A DNA stretch of 63,832 nt, counting the filler, from Phoronis australis (Eukaryota; Animalia; Phoronida): NCBI GenBank assembly GCA_002633005.1. It is 12 parts of 12 records of this genome, joined end to end, with 100 filler letters (N's around TTAATTAATTAA, not from the genome) between each part and the next. Parts side by side here need not be neighbours in the genome. Positions count along the whole stretch, not along the records: positions 50,477 to 53,275 come from NMRA01003416.1; positions 53,376 to 61,455 come from NMRA01001938.1; positions 61,556 to 63,832 come from NMRA01003758.1; 9 more parts are not named here. One strand, 5' to 3'. The notes under the pieces are model-generated. The model did no database searches, had not been told where the DNA came from, and worked only from the letters and a program-made list of their open reading frames with translations. Shown in pieces: positions 50,924 through 63,832 of the stretch (the stretch's first letter is position 1; every line of letters begins with the position of its first letter). A program made the translations under genes and the position numbers.

Positions 50924-52322
50924 GGCCCGGTCTCCAATCTCCGTACTCAGACTCATACTCATACTCGAGATTTCATACTCAAAATCGTGCTCACTGGAGT
51001 CGTACTCAAAAAAGCGTATCTAATGTCGTATTTCGAGTAGACTCCAAACGTACTCAAATCTGACACTCATACTCGAGTTGCTATGGAACTCTTTATGATG
51101 TGAAATGCAAAATCACGCAAAGCCGCGCTGATTCATCGCTCCCTATTATATATATTGGAATAGACCACCCCAAGAACTAGGCCTACATTATCGTCTGCTG
51201 CCGCTACAACTACAACAGTATGTCTATAACGTGGAATTCTGAGTGTTCTGTAACTGTTATTCATTTTTTAGTTTCAATAAATATTCTTATGCCATTGCTT
51301 TGATACATTTGGCAATTATTAAGCTTCACTTCTTGCGTTCCTCACCCAGTCCCGAAAACGTCTTTTAAAAGAAATTTGTAACAGCTTATCACATCACATC
51401 TCTGTTGGTAATTTAGTCTTGACATAAAACCCATTGCTGTGTAGGCCTACGCTGATGTCAAACTTTGATACTGTATCTTTGTATTTTACCGGGATGTATC
51501 AAGTGAGTTGACATTAGGCACGTGAGTTAAAAAACAATACTTGTGCAGGCATTCAGAGTTCACCAGTGGCAGTGAACAGGACAAGACGTCTACTTAGAAA
51601 TCGGCAAACAAAATCTGGAATTCCATTTGGGGATTGAGGAATTATAGATGACTAAGTTATGATGAGAAATGTACCTGACAGGGAAGCGAACCTTTTTTAA
51701 CTTCCCTCCCCTCCTCGTCTTTTGGAAACCCTACAAAACGTAGCCACACATACCTAAATAAGGGCAGCACAAACTTCTCACACAACTTTTCCCACAACTG
51801 CTTTCGACGCTTGTTATGACTCGCCGACAAAGGATTACAATGCGCCTGTTGCCAGGAATTGTAGAGGTAGAATGGCGGCCATAACATACAGTGATATGGC
51901 GGGTTAATAAGGTGAAGAATAAGAAGATTTAAGATGAAAACTNNNNNNNNNNNNNNNNNNNNNNNNNNNNNNNNNNNNNNNNNNNNNNNNNNNNNNNNNN
52001 NNNNNNNNNNNNNNNNNNNNNNNNNNNNNNNNNNNNNNNNNNNNNNNNNNNNNNNNNNNNNNNNNNNNNNNNNNNNNNNNNNNNNNNNNNNNNNNNNNNN
52101 NNNNNNNNNNNNNNNNNNNNNNNNCAAAATCGTACTCGAAATATAGATGAGATACACTTCAGTTCGAGTACACTTGAAAACTGAGTACGTGCTCGAAATT
52201 TCGAGTACAGATTTTTCGAGTATGACATTGAATACACCAAAGCTGAGTCTGTACTCGAGTTGAGTATGAAGTGTGAGTTTGAGCATGATTCGAGTCTGAG
52301 TACGGAGATTGGAGACCGGGCC
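50924..52322. mobile_element. PIF/Harbinger non-autonomous DNA transposon
   Basis: Perfect 31-bp TIR GGCCCGGTCTCCAATCTCCGTACTCAGACTC, 3-bp CAG TSD (50921-50923 and 52323-52325), and many subterminal TACTC/GAGTA repeats. Spans an N gap. Confidence 0.85.
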
Positions 52323-54633
52323 CAGGATGCATCTTTAAACTTAAAATGAGAAATGTTTGAACAATAAATAGTCTAAAATAACGTGCTCACAATTGAGCCA
52401 AATTTGCTAACTAGTTTGTGAATCATCGTGCCGTCCACACCCATATATCTGAACGTATATTGTGACTGAATCTGAAATTTGCAACTAAAATACAAAACTA
52501 CGGAAGAGGAAGTAATGTGACCTGCTTCCTTTACTCAAGGATTTGGGTTCGAGTCCCACAAGGGCGCGCTGCTAGACCCTTCAGTCAGGTCACTAGCTCC
52601 TCAGATTGGTTTTATATACATATTAAATAAAACATAAAAATGGTTCCTGATGATCAGTGTAATGGGCACACCCGAGAGGCCTACGCACGTCTGGTACAAC
52701 ACGTACCAGATCGTCTGCAATTATTTTTTATGAAACTGCAAGAAGTGACAACAGTTATACTGAGAGGACAGGTTCCTCTTTCACACAGACGAAAATTCTT
52801 CCTACAAACAAACGTTTTCAGGTACTCTCATCAGCATGCATTCTCAAAACTAACGTTGTGACCATGCAAAGTACCGTATTCGTATTATTAACCAGGAAAT
52901 TATTTCAACCTGGGACAGAGATTTATCAGATGGATCAGTATGTTCAAATCAGAAAGTCTGGTAATCGTTGCATGAATGAGGACTCGAGACAATTCCACCT
53001 CGACAGTTCTTACAATTGCACAATAGTCAAACCAATCTGAGTTGTCAATCATCGGTGTGACGTCACACGCCCCAACTCAACACAAAATTAGTTTGAGAAT
53101 GGATGACGACGTGAGTAGGTACGTAAAATTTTCATCTGTGCAAGAAAGAACCCATCCTTGCATTGTATCAATCTAATTTTATAACAAATATATTCAAGTT
53201 CAGGGCTGAGTTGCATAAAGCTTCAAAAGTTATCCGCTGGATAAGTTAAATTGTTGCATGACATCAGGTGCATTGNNNNNNNNNNNNNNNNNNNNNNNNN
53301 NNNNNNNNNNNNNNNNNNNTTAATTAATTAANNNNNNNNNNNNNNNNNNNNNNNNNNNNNNNNNNNNNNNNNNNNAGGCTAGTGATCTAGAAATTCAGCG
53401 CACAATGATTTTTACACGACTACCAGATTTTGTGGACAAATTACTGTGAAATTTTAGCGCTGTAAGTAAGGCATTTTTCGCACGTACACGTTCATGGGGT
53501 GGGGGGCGCTTATAGGGGCATAGGCAGTTATCAGGGCAAATACGGTATCATTTTAATTAGGATTTCAGCTCATAATGCACTTCAAAATTACTTTACATAT
53601 TTGTGCTACGAGGCTAATGCTTCATGTCCACGAGTCCTTTTTATAATGTTATCTCTCTTAAAGGGTGAGTGCTACAATTTCTCAGTTGTCCATTCCATCA
53701 AAAGTGGTGGAGTATTCTTAACTTGGCCATTTTCCACACACAAGGTCGTGCCAAAGAAGCTGGTATTCTACGGATAACACAGTAAATTATACAAAACTGA
53801 TGAAATATTTTAGAATTTCTGGTATGAAGTTAATGTTCTCTCTCTTAACCTCCATTCTGTTCCATTGAAATTCAGATTTTAAAGATGACAAAAATGACAA
53901 TGACAGTTGGATTGTGACTGGACTCATGACTCGGGGGCACAGGTACAAGCATGCTGGTCAATGAACTGTGATGACTGTCATTATCCATACATCATGTGAA
54001 AGAGAAGATATTTCTTTGTAAACTAACTTCTCATTCAGTCCATTCAGTTCATTTAAAACCCTATTGAAATGCCCAACTTCAGCGCTCCGCTCCGGTGTCA
54101 AAACTTAATGCACTGGGGGGCAATTAGAGGCGCCATAATGAGGACAATCACAGCAATAACGAGCTGTGACTTAACCACGACTTGCAACTTTGCGCAGGAG
54201 CACTCCACATTCCTGTCTACATCTTCTGCCTCCCTACCGTTTCTGAGCTGTGTGTGAAAACGGCTGAAGACACTGATCACCTTGTACCATGTCAAGAGCG
54301 AATGTCTAAATGGAACTGTTCATCAGAATTTCAACAAAATCAATTTTAAAACCAATGTCAAATACTAACCAGATTGTTCAACTAACACATGATATCTGAA
54401 AGTAAAAGTAATAAATCCCCCAATATAATCCTCACTGTAAACAACTACCAGGGCAACCCTTCCAATTACTATTGCCAGTAGTTAGCGATTTGGCTAAAGA
54501 AGGTGATAGGCATGCTGTGATGTTCCATACAGAATGCTCTGGTATGTGGTTAGATCTACTATTGGGATGACAGGCATCAAGCACAATGAAATTTGTTCTG
54601 AGCAGTTTATTGCTCAAAATGGGAGAGAAAGAG

Positions 54634-56540
54634 ACGAGAGTGCTCGGAGGAGCGACACTTGGCGAAATTACGCAAAAACAGGACGATGGGGAGGACGACG
54701 ACGATGACGACGATCATGACGATGAAGGCGGAGATTATGAACAATACGATAACATTCATGTGACTAGCGAACAAATCAGCAAAAAATAGCATGCAGTCTT
54801 GTTCACGCACCCAATAAACTGGCAACAGTGCGAGAGCGCTCAGAAGAGCGACACTTGGCGAAATTACACGAAAAACAGGACGATGGGGAGGAGGACGACG
54901 ACAATCATAACGATGAAGGCAGAGATTATGAACAACACGATAACATTCATACGATGAACTTAGATGTCATAAATTAGTAAGAAATAAGCTACAGTCTTGT
55001 TCAAATAAACTAAACCAACATCAATGCAGTAAGAGTGCTCAACAAAGGAACAGAGCTATCAGAAAATCTCAAATAATTCGAAAAGTAGACATCCTTAGCG
55101 AAAAATAGAAAACATCTTCTGAAAGCCCGTTCCACTTTCTATCTAAATTGATAGTTTCGCAACATTCCATAATTTTTAAGAAAAAATTTTGCGGGTTTTT
55201 TTGAAATTCAAAGTCAAATAACTTGAAAACGGTAAGTCTGAGAAAAACGTTATCACAGAACTTTTGAAAGAGCATACTTTAAGGAATCCACATGCAAAAA
55301 TTCACGTCATTTGCTCTTCCCGTTAAAAATGCGACCGTAGAACGATTGAAAACAGGTGAAAATACGCCAGAACCGCCATCTTGAAAGTGACTTCCGGTTA
55401 AACAAAATTTTATAAACGCCAATCAATAGCAACAAACACGTGACCAGTTTGAAAATGATTGATTCGCCAATGCGCCCTCTACAGGAAAAAACATTTTTGG
55501 CCAGTTATCGAGGTGCGCATGCGCCATTGCCTATATTTCCGCCATCTTTGACCGGAAGTTAAAGATTTATGGCGCAGTCGTAGTGCTTGTGTACTATAAT
55601 AACCGTACCAATTTTCAGCCCTGCACGTCGAAAAATGCGGCCTCTATGAGCAGTGTCTTCATGGTCTTGTTCAACAGAAGCTAAACCAACATCAGTGCAG
55701 CAAGAGCTGTCAACAAAGGAACAGTGCTATCAGAAAATCTTGAATAATTCAAAAAGTACAAGTCGTAGCGAAAAATGGAAAATATCTTCTGAAAGCCCGT
55801 CTAAAACTCTATCTAAATTGATAGTTTTTCAAAATTCCATAAATTTTTCGAAAAAATTGAAATTTTGCGTTTTTTTGAAATTCAAAGTCAAATAACTCGA
55901 AAACGGTAAGTCTGAGAAAAACGTTACTGCAGAACTTTTGAAAGAGCAATATTACTTCAAGGAATCCACATGCAAAAATTCAAGTCATTTGCTTTTACCG
56001 TTAAAAATGCGACACCAGAACGATTGAAAATGGGTGAAAATGCACCAAAGCCGCCATCTTGAAAGTGACTTCCGGTTAAAAGCCAATTAATAGCAACAAA
56101 CACGTGACCAGTTTGAAAGTGCTTGGTTCGCTGATGCGCCCTCTACAGGAGAAAATGTTTTTGGCCAGATATCGAGGTGCGCATGCGCCATTGTCAATAT
56201 TTCCGCCATCTTTAACCGGAAGTCAACGTTTTTCGGAACAGTTGTAGCAAATGTGTTCTATAATAATCGTACCACATTTGAGCCCTGTACGTCGAAAAAT
56301 GTGGCCTCTATGAGCATTTGACTCTGAAATCGGAAACAAAATGGCCACCACGTTCGCCTTTTTGAATTCGATCATGACCAAAAACAATAGGCTTCCAGGA
56401 CTTTCCGATCTACACGTCGTGTGAAAATTTCGTGAGAATGGGACGAATATTGCGACCTGTACAGTGAGAACAAAAAAAAAGTAAAAAAAACTTGACGACA
56501 GAGCAACATACTTGGCCAAATTTATTTCGCCAAGTAATTA
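54634..56540 (-). mobile_element. Helentron-type non-autonomous element (HINE) with ~670-bp internal tandem units
   Basis: One end carries the hairpin tacttggccaaat-tt-atttcgccaagta. The other carries the matching subterminal repeat acttggcgaaat next to a small palindrome gctcggaggagc (repeated near 54835). Central units start near 55011 and 55682. Confidence 0.7.
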
Positions 56541-57011
56541 TTTTGTGTCGACAGCATTGTCCTAGGCATTTATTTCTCGTATCTGAACCCCCATTGGATT
56601 TGGAGGAATAATGCTACAAAGACAGTGTGATAGAGATATCGCATGCTATATCGAAAAACAAACATGGTAAATGTAATGACTGAGCAAGCAGAGTTTCTAA
56701 TATATAACTAATATTTCATGCTTAATACCATCTCAATGAAAGTTGTTTATTTGAAACACCCTTTGTAGGGACATGAAGTTGATTAACTAAATTCTTAGTG
56801 ATCGACTGATTTGTAGGTAAAATAGTATAAAATAAAAAGACGAATGTCAATTTCAAAATAGATTTTAATACCAATGTTCGTCTTTTTACTTTACACTATT
56901 TCATCTACATTTTAACCGTTGGTAACAACAGCACGGCATTTCGACACCTATTTTAATTTAGGTTTACTTTGAATATTCTCAAGAAAAACAAATTGTTTAT
57001 TTCCCTTTCAG

Positions 57012-57308
57012 GGAAAGACATATGCGCTGGACGGAAGGCATTAATGGAGTGCTCAGATCCTGACCAAGTACTTCTCATCAAAACTGTATTGTATGGAAAA
57101 AGGGATAACTGTGAGAAAAAAGGAATCCATTGTCTTGGAGTTGCAAACACTGATTATGCAAACAGTATTAAAGGAAAATGCAATGGACATCATAAATGTG
57201 AATTTCGAGTACGGAAAGGTACTATAATAGCTGATAGCTACAGTTGTCCAGGTGCTACAAAGACAACTGAAAGTAACTATATGACTGTTCAATATCAATG
57301 CGTATCAG
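57012..57308 (+). CDS. Exon encoding a SUEL-type (galactose/rhamnose-binding) lectin domain
   Basis: tttcag|GG...G|gtaaga, 297 nt, phase 1/1. Encodes KDICAGRKALMECSDPDQVLLIKTVLYGKRDNC...C...KGKCNGHHKCEF...CPGA...YMTVQYQCVS, with the 8-Cys SUEL pattern (YG, C.G...C, CP, Y..V.Y.C). Confidence 0.85.
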
Positions 57309-58224
57309 GTAAGATAACTGCCAAGACTGACAGCTCTAGTAAGTCATCTTTATATTGCAAATCATTTTATTTAGACGACAGTGTGATGCTCTCATATTTA
57401 TTTTTTTCTGTAACTGAGACACCTATATGTGAAAATAATGCAGACAATTGTACAGTATGACAACTCGTCATCAGATGTCTCTGCATGTGCTAGTCCCACC
57501 CTCTTGCCATGGCAACTCCCATCTATCCTCTCCTCCACCATAATGCAAATTTTTTCCCCATTCACACGCACATGCACACTTGTGGCAGGGGTCATTTACA
57601 ACTAAAAAATAAACTGCCTCAAAATAAAAGTACTGTAGGGGCCATCTATTATCTTCAAATTTTAGATTATCGTAAAATAAGTATTTTTCAATTTTGGAAT
57701 ACTCAAACACTTCCCTTTTAAAGTAAGTCAAACTGGGAGTCGGGTTTTTAAGACGCTGCCAATAAATATTTGATTTTCCTAGACAAATAATTAGAATATT
57801 TACATTTTGTCTTTTCAAAAATATATCTAAATTTGAACTCTCTAATGAGCTTCCGGTTTTGTTAATGATCCAATCACCAATTGAAATCCAGAGAGACCTT
57901 GTTAAACCACAGTACCAATACAGATGGGCAATATCCTGTGGCACTTTTTTATAAAATGTACAGATCTGTATGTTTAACTCTTATGTAAATCTAAGTTTGT
58001 GGGTGTTAAACGATGTATGAGTGTGATTTGTTGAAATATATACATATGTCCATAGGCCTAAAGTATAACATGCACAAGAAAGCACATTGCCAGGGGCGTT
58101 ACAAACTGGATAATAAATTGTGACGCTTGAGAGCATATGGACGAATTTTAGAAGTAGGGTATCCGGAGTTCGTATGAGAGATTCAAATTTAGATGTCGTG
58201 GGAGAATGAAAAAACGATCACTTA

Positions 58225-59195
58225 GTACTTAACCCTCAGGTCTTGGTACGCACTGCAAACTAACACAAGGTGGTTTTCATTCTCTACATATCTCGAATTT
58301 CACAACCTATTTTCATAGGGAATCTTTGTGAGGCGACGGCTTTCCACTAGTAACGAATGATTTGAACATCGCAATCGAGTCAGAGACTGGATAGAAACAT
58401 GTGGGATACTAACTATTTCTAGATAATTCTCAAGACAATACATTGTTTTGTACCCCACATAGTAAGGCAGTTTTGTGTTACATTCGATATCTGATTGCCT
58501 AAGCCTTCCAAATAACAGTCGTTGACAAGTTGAGAAAAAACTGTCAAGAAATATGCTTGGTTTACCACACCCTGATTAATCCATATGTCTGAAAAACCAT
58601 ACACAGACAGAAGTTTCCTTACAAAACTTGCCCAACTACAAGAAGATTTTCCGATCAGGTCTAACTGAAAAAGCATATCATCAACTGCCTTTACCACGCG
58701 ATTACTAAGCATCTCCAGTATTTTGAACCAGTATTTTATACAGGATACAAAATATTTAGTAAACAATGGGAATTGACCACGTTCTCCCATAATTGCAGAG
58801 TTTGAACAACAACTGCCTGCTACTAAAATGCGTTTACAAAACTTGATATGTACATTTTCCACTAGTTCATATTCCATTACGCCCCATATCTCAGCACCGT
58901 AACACAGAGAGGGGTAAACCATTTTATCGAACAAGTGAAAGGCTATTGATGGAGGTAGATCACGACATCTTCGCTTTAATTTACAAATTGCAGAGGCAGC
59001 TTTATTTGCTTGACTAGACAAAGCTTTAATGGCTTTGGACCACGAAACTTTTGGAGTAATAAGTAGTCCAAGATATTTGTAGTGAGACACCACATCAACC
59101 AATGTTCCATTGTAAAATGATTTCTCATATCATCTAAGGGGATCCTTAGACCACCATTTCTGAAAACGGCCACCTTGGTTTCCTTCAAGTTTACT
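58225..59195 (-). mobile_element. RTE-X-like LINE, 3' fragment (end of RT domain and C-terminal region, decayed)
   Basis: KETKVAVFRNGG / VSHYKYLGL / LFDKMVYPSLCYGAEIWG / ENVHIKFCKRIL / IMGERG.FP / IKYWFKIL / SWAS.V..LL...GF..IW.NQ, then RLRCSNH.L.VE and ENE.H.VL.C..Y..LR, with frameshifts. Confidence 0.85.
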
Positions 59196-59259
59196 TATGA
59201 ATCTGAAACCATCTCAATCTAGTATCACTAGTAAATTGTAAAGGATAAAAATACACATT

Positions 59260-60085
59260 TCACCACCAATCAGGAGTTGCATCAATACCAAGGTCAGTTT
59301 CCCACTTACATTCAGGTGTTGGCTTTGTATAAATAGATTTAATTAAATGATATGGTTGTTTTTTCGCTAAACTTACAAATACAACTGGCATATTTAGGAC
59401 ACTAACATTAAAAGACATTGCCTGTGATCCTTTTCTCAAATTACAAATTGCCTTCTTGAGGCCATAAAACAAAGTGAAAGGAGGAGAAAAGCCATACCTA
59501 ATATAAAAGAACTTATAAGTCATAAATGTTCAATCAATATCTAGCAAGTTACAAACATGAGTAATACCTTTTTTAAACCACTGGCTATAAAATATTACAT
59601 TGTTAACCATTAACATTTTACTATTATACCAGATTGGAATGTAAGGGAAGTCAGCAGCATACAAACACATAATTTAAGCTATAAAATAAGTAAAGACCTC
59701 AGACCAAAATACATTCTTAATTTCTTTTGCAATAAAACGCATTTCTAAAAAGTCAATAGTTACACGATCTCATGGTGACGGCAGAGCCGTAAAAAGATGA
59801 AAATTTTGGTAAGAGAAGTAATTTTATGACAGACATTTTGCCACGACGAATTGGTGCTCTTCTCGACCAGGTTGCCAAGTCTTTTTGAATTTTTCGGATT
59901 TTCCGAGTGTAATTTAAATCAGGAATCTCGGATAGATTGACGCTGAAGTTTATTACCAAAAACATAAATTGACCTAAAGGCTATTAGAGATTAACCTCTG
60001 GACATAGATGATTGTTACTTTAATTTTGTAGCATCATACGCAACGAGATTTGTCCATATTAGGTTTCAGTCCCGAAAACTCCAAT
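59260..60085 (-). mobile_element. L1-Tx1-like LINE ORF2 fragment (decayed)
   Basis: FSGLKPNMDKS, NYTRKIRKIQKDLATWSRR....GKMSVIK.LLLPKF, IWYNSKM....IFY.QWFKKGITHV..L, FYGLKKAI, KWETDLG. Confidence 0.8.
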
Positions 60086-61056
60086 TTATATTCCCTTTGT
60101 ATTCTCAAAAATGAAAACAAACATCTTGATTTTTGGACAGCAGTTATCTTAATGCCATTAGCTTGATTGAAACCCGTGAAATTACATTATCCATTCAACA
60201 GAAACTTGAGGTTTCCCAAGAAATTCGACCATTCTGAGCAGGTGAACTGGCTCTTCCAGACGGTCTTTTAGATTGTGTTATGACCATTTCTTACCCACCC
60301 TCTCTTCCATCGAGATCAACCCACTTACTGCCCAACCATGTCCCACCCATTCCTACACCATGCTCCATCCGCCCACTCATGTCAGACTTGGCAGTGAAAA
60401 GTCACTTTTACACGCGAGACAGATGTCACGTGCAAACTGGATCAGCATGGCTCATTTACACAAACACTGCCTGTGAATGCTCACATAAACAATAGTGAAC
60501 ATCCAAACCATGTGAAATGTCAGCGGATAACTCTATATACGCTATTGCGCAAGCACAACGAAAGATGTTTCCTTTCCCCGTGCCCCAGTTGTGTTCAGAT
60601 GAGTTGTTGAGAGTGGAACAAAGTACCTACTTTCCAGTTTTCTATTGGCTGTCGTAGTTTCCTGCATATTTACAAGGAATGATTGAACNTTTTTCGTCTT
60701 ATAAACATGAATGTTTGTAAGCGCCATATTTGGCAACATGCTTATTGTATCTATCATTTGTTTTTGAGTCGAGTGTATTACTGATTGGAAATTGTTGGGG
60801 AGAAAACGATTCTTGAAACACGGTTTTGGATCGAGAATGAAGAGCAGAAAGTAGCCCAGTTGTGTTCTTAGCTATATGAAACAAGCTTAATGAAATATTC
60901 ATTAAACGTTTTGAGACACATTATTAGGCCATCACTTTTTGTCAATTCTCATCATTTTAGTGGGCCAAAACCCACGGAACTTCAATTTGCATTTTTTCAT
61001 GTTTATTTTATGTAATGACGTGAAATTTGTATAAGCCATATTATTCTCATTTCCAG

Positions 61057-61416
61057 ATACCACGTTAATCGATGTTTGTTCAGTTACCACAACAACAAGA
61101 ATAAAAGCCAACTTTGTTAGCCCTGGATTTCCATCCCAGATCAACACAACCAGCAGACCGTCAGAGTGTAGCTGCATCTTAAATACAGTCACAGTCAAAA
61201 GTTTTTACTTGTATGCCTACAGTCATCATCCAGCTGAGAACTGCAATACTGGTCAACAGTTACTGACAATAACTAACAAAGACAGAGCTGAGGAATATTC
61301 TTATCCTTGTTCTCAACTGACAGACACTACTACAAAGTATTTGTCCAAGACTAAAAACATACACATCAAATTCACATCCAGCATTAACAGAGGACGGTTT
61401 TGGTTTCTTATCCGAG
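61057..61416 (+). CDS. Exon encoding a CUB-like domain, probably spliced to the SUEL exon
   Basis: catttccag|AT...G|gtatgt, 360 nt, phase 1/1, open frame: TTLIDVCSV...NFVSPGFPSQ...ECSCIL...NC...YPC...NIHIKFTSSINRGRFWFLIR. Confidence 0.75.
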
Positions 61417-63069
61417 GTATGTTATTTTATTTCTTTGAGTTGGTCACACATTTCANNNNNNNNNNNNNNNNNNNNNNNNNNNNNNNNNNNNNNNNNNNNT
61501 TAATTAATTAANNNNNNNNNNNNNNNNNNNNNNNNNNNNNNNNNNNNNNNNNNNNGGACGTGAAATTCCTGTCAAGTACCGCTTTGCTGGTTCTTCCACG
61601 ACAATGAAATAAATTCGACAAGCGCTCTCTCAGTGATGAGTACTTGCCGCCACGAGTTGCGCACGCGAGCCAAAGGAAACAATTGTGTCTCCTTCAGTAA
61701 AGGGCATGAGAATACGGGTATTTTACCGTCATAGTAAGGCAAGGTTCCGGTTCCGCTAAAACTAAGTGTCACAGAAAGGTAAGCGAGTTGCCCACGTTTT
61801 GGAATCTAATGTTGTGCGACGAGCATTCACAGAAGCACAGACACTTTTAAAGAAGTCTCAATCATGAAAAAATAGAGGTGGGTGGTAAGCTGAGCATGGG
61901 CCGTAACCCGGACGAGTACGGTATCATTCCCACCCATTGAAAACTGCTCTAGTCCGATGTAGAATCGTGATAAGGGCGTTGATTTGTGCACGGCTGGTGC
62001 ACGTGCTATTGTCTTGCGTGTTCTTACTTTTATTTGTCGAGTGTAACATTTGACGTTTTTTAGAGGGAGTCAGTCCTCCTTATGAGCAAACTGCGTCGAA
62101 AAAAAAAGAAAATATCACAGATTATTATGAAAACAAGAGAAGACAAGTTTTTGAATCTGATTGGTAGAGAAGGACGTAGACAAGGCATCAAGACACAAGA
62201 CGAAGTGCAAATTTAATTAAAACGTAGTTACTGTGTTGGATGACATATCATTCTGTGTAGCCAACCAGTTACCTGTTGGAAGACTACCGTCAAAATACAG
62301 TTAAGTTCCACTAAATTGAGCTCCAGCAGTCCTCGAAATTGCATACAGTCCAGTTAGTTCTGCTCACCACCTCGCCATGGAACTAGTATCAACACGCAGA
62401 ACTAAAGACCGGCGGGGGGTTGCATGCAAAATTTAGGAGTCTACTGCCACTCACCTTGCCCGTTGCAGTCGTTTAAATGAAGAACAATCTAACAAATGTT
62501 GTTTTCTGGGTCATTCTCCGCCTTTTGTAACAAAGAAATGTATGTCGTCGTTTTGAAAACAGTACGCTGGTGACACGCGCACGTGCCATTTCCCTACGTG
62601 TTTATGACATCTCTCAGGAGAAAATGACAAGCAAAATTTGTTCTGAAGTTTGGTTTGCTGGTATTAAAATATTAGAATTTTATAATGAAGAGAAATCAAT
62701 TGCGCCAATTCGTTGTGACGTGTACGCAACCTCGTGAAAGAACGACAGTTGATTGAAGAATCGGCGATCAAAGAAACTGGCCAATGGGTGACACATGGCG
62801 CCGGAAGCCGACGCAAAAGTGAGTGCTGCAAATTTAGCAGCAGAATAATGGTATCACACCTGTTATTTCAACAACGGTAAATAATTTAGTGTACTCAAGG
62901 AAGAGTGTACGTCTTGTGTTGCTGGGAATTCATCCACGTCAAAAGTTTATTGGTAGGAATTCTGCATTTTCTAAAAATGATACTAGTCCTAATAGATGGT
63001 GACAGCAACGCACGAAATGATGATTTTTATTGACATTGGAAGCAAGTTTGTGGTGACAGACGCAAACGG

Positions 63070-63148
63070 ACGGGCGACTGAACTTCGGGCTGGGCGAGTA
63101 GATTTTCTAGCTCACTCGCCCAGCTGGCGAGCAGGGTTTTGAAACCTG
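63070..63148. mobile_element. hAT-like transposon end
   Basis: Repeated gggcgag/ctcgccc subterminal motifs ending in ...gggttttgaaaCCTG. No partner end was found. Confidence 0.45.
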
Positions 63149-63832
63149 AGTATATCCCTGTTGAGTTGTATTGTGTATAGAGGTCGGTCTTACGTATACT
63201 GGAGTTAAACAACGAAGTGCCATCGAAAAACACATAACTTTCAGCAAACGAAAGGTATTGTAAAACTTTCAAGTCTTTCATTGTAACATCAGAGAATTAC
63301 GAACTGTAAATGTACGAAGACATCAAGCTGTTAACACCATTCTGCACAGTCCACTGTACATATGCACAATGTATTTAGGTCTACATGCAGTGGGTACTCT
63401 GTACATAATGGACCACTGTGGCATCACCAGAAGATTGTGAGAAGAGATTGCAGCTCTAGTGACGAGCCACGAGTCATTAACTCACTTTCAACCGGACTTA
63501 ACAGATTTAGTTTGGCCACTTGGTAAAATCCCAGGATGAGCACGCACTCAAAATATTACAGTCTGAATTGTTCAGTACTTCTGCAAAAACCGAGGGCTCG
63601 ATCGTCTTTCCCTACCTCAGTAAGTGAGCATGTACATAGAATATTGGGCCCGACAGCAGGAAATTAGCATCTCCAAGTACATACAGAACACTCCCAATTT
63701 TCAGTTTTAGGATAAAAATACTGTCTGGGCAATTTCCTCATTTTGTTACATCAGGCAACTCATTCATTTCATTTTCGGTTCTCGTCAACAAGATTTGGTG
63801 ACCTATGCTCCCATTTAACGACCTGGAAATTT

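Noticed and set aside
52540-52565. tRNA gene (GGTTCGAGTCC B box)
   Set aside because: Only a T-arm-like piece is present, with no acceptor, D or anticodon arms. At most a SINE fragment.
53876-53942. Signal-peptide exon for the SUEL-CUB gene
   Set aside because: The splice sites are plausible, but the frame compatible with the phase-1 lectin exon contains two TGA stops.
54586-54789. Acidic poly-Asp protein ORF
   Set aside because: It derives from a (GAC/GAT)n tract within the Helentron-type repeat, which recurs at ~54880.
33757-61455. An immune/adhesion gene cluster (Ig, zinc finger, integrin, lectin-CUB) next to GBE1
   Set aside because: Each gene fragment is on a different contig joined by artificial linkers, so the neighbourhood is not real.

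Overview
Eukaryotic DNA from an AT-rich invertebrate animal (inferred from spliceosomal exons and the transposon set). It is not one locus. Twelve unrelated contigs are joined by artificial 100-nt linkers (44 N + TTAATTAATTAA + 44 N) at 2876, 11046, 14142, 17619, 33657, 36868, 39795, 43032, 50377, 53276 and 61456, so adjacency across a linker has no biological meaning. Recognisable gene pieces: four exons of glycogen branching enzyme (GBE1), an FSIP1-like exon, an integrin-alpha FG-GAP exon, a C2H2 zinc-finger exon, a disulfide-less IgV exon, a SUEL-lectin exon plus a CUB-like exon, and a probable terminal coiled-coil exon. The rest is mostly transposon-derived: a TTAA-flanked Kolobok-like element carrying a THAP remnant (plus a second, interrupted copy), an Academ-like element, a Harbinger element, Helentron-type non-autonomous elements, RTE-X and Tx1 LINE fragments, MITEs and minisatellites. 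I find no well-supported new biological system. The best second-look items are the two-strand THAP/'YQFEPE' Kolobok core, the cysteine-less IgV, the SUEL-CUB gene, a tRNA-Gln-like fold with a 5-nt anticodon loop, and a long intronic hairpin in GBE1. All family assignments come from reading the sequence by eye, with no database searches.
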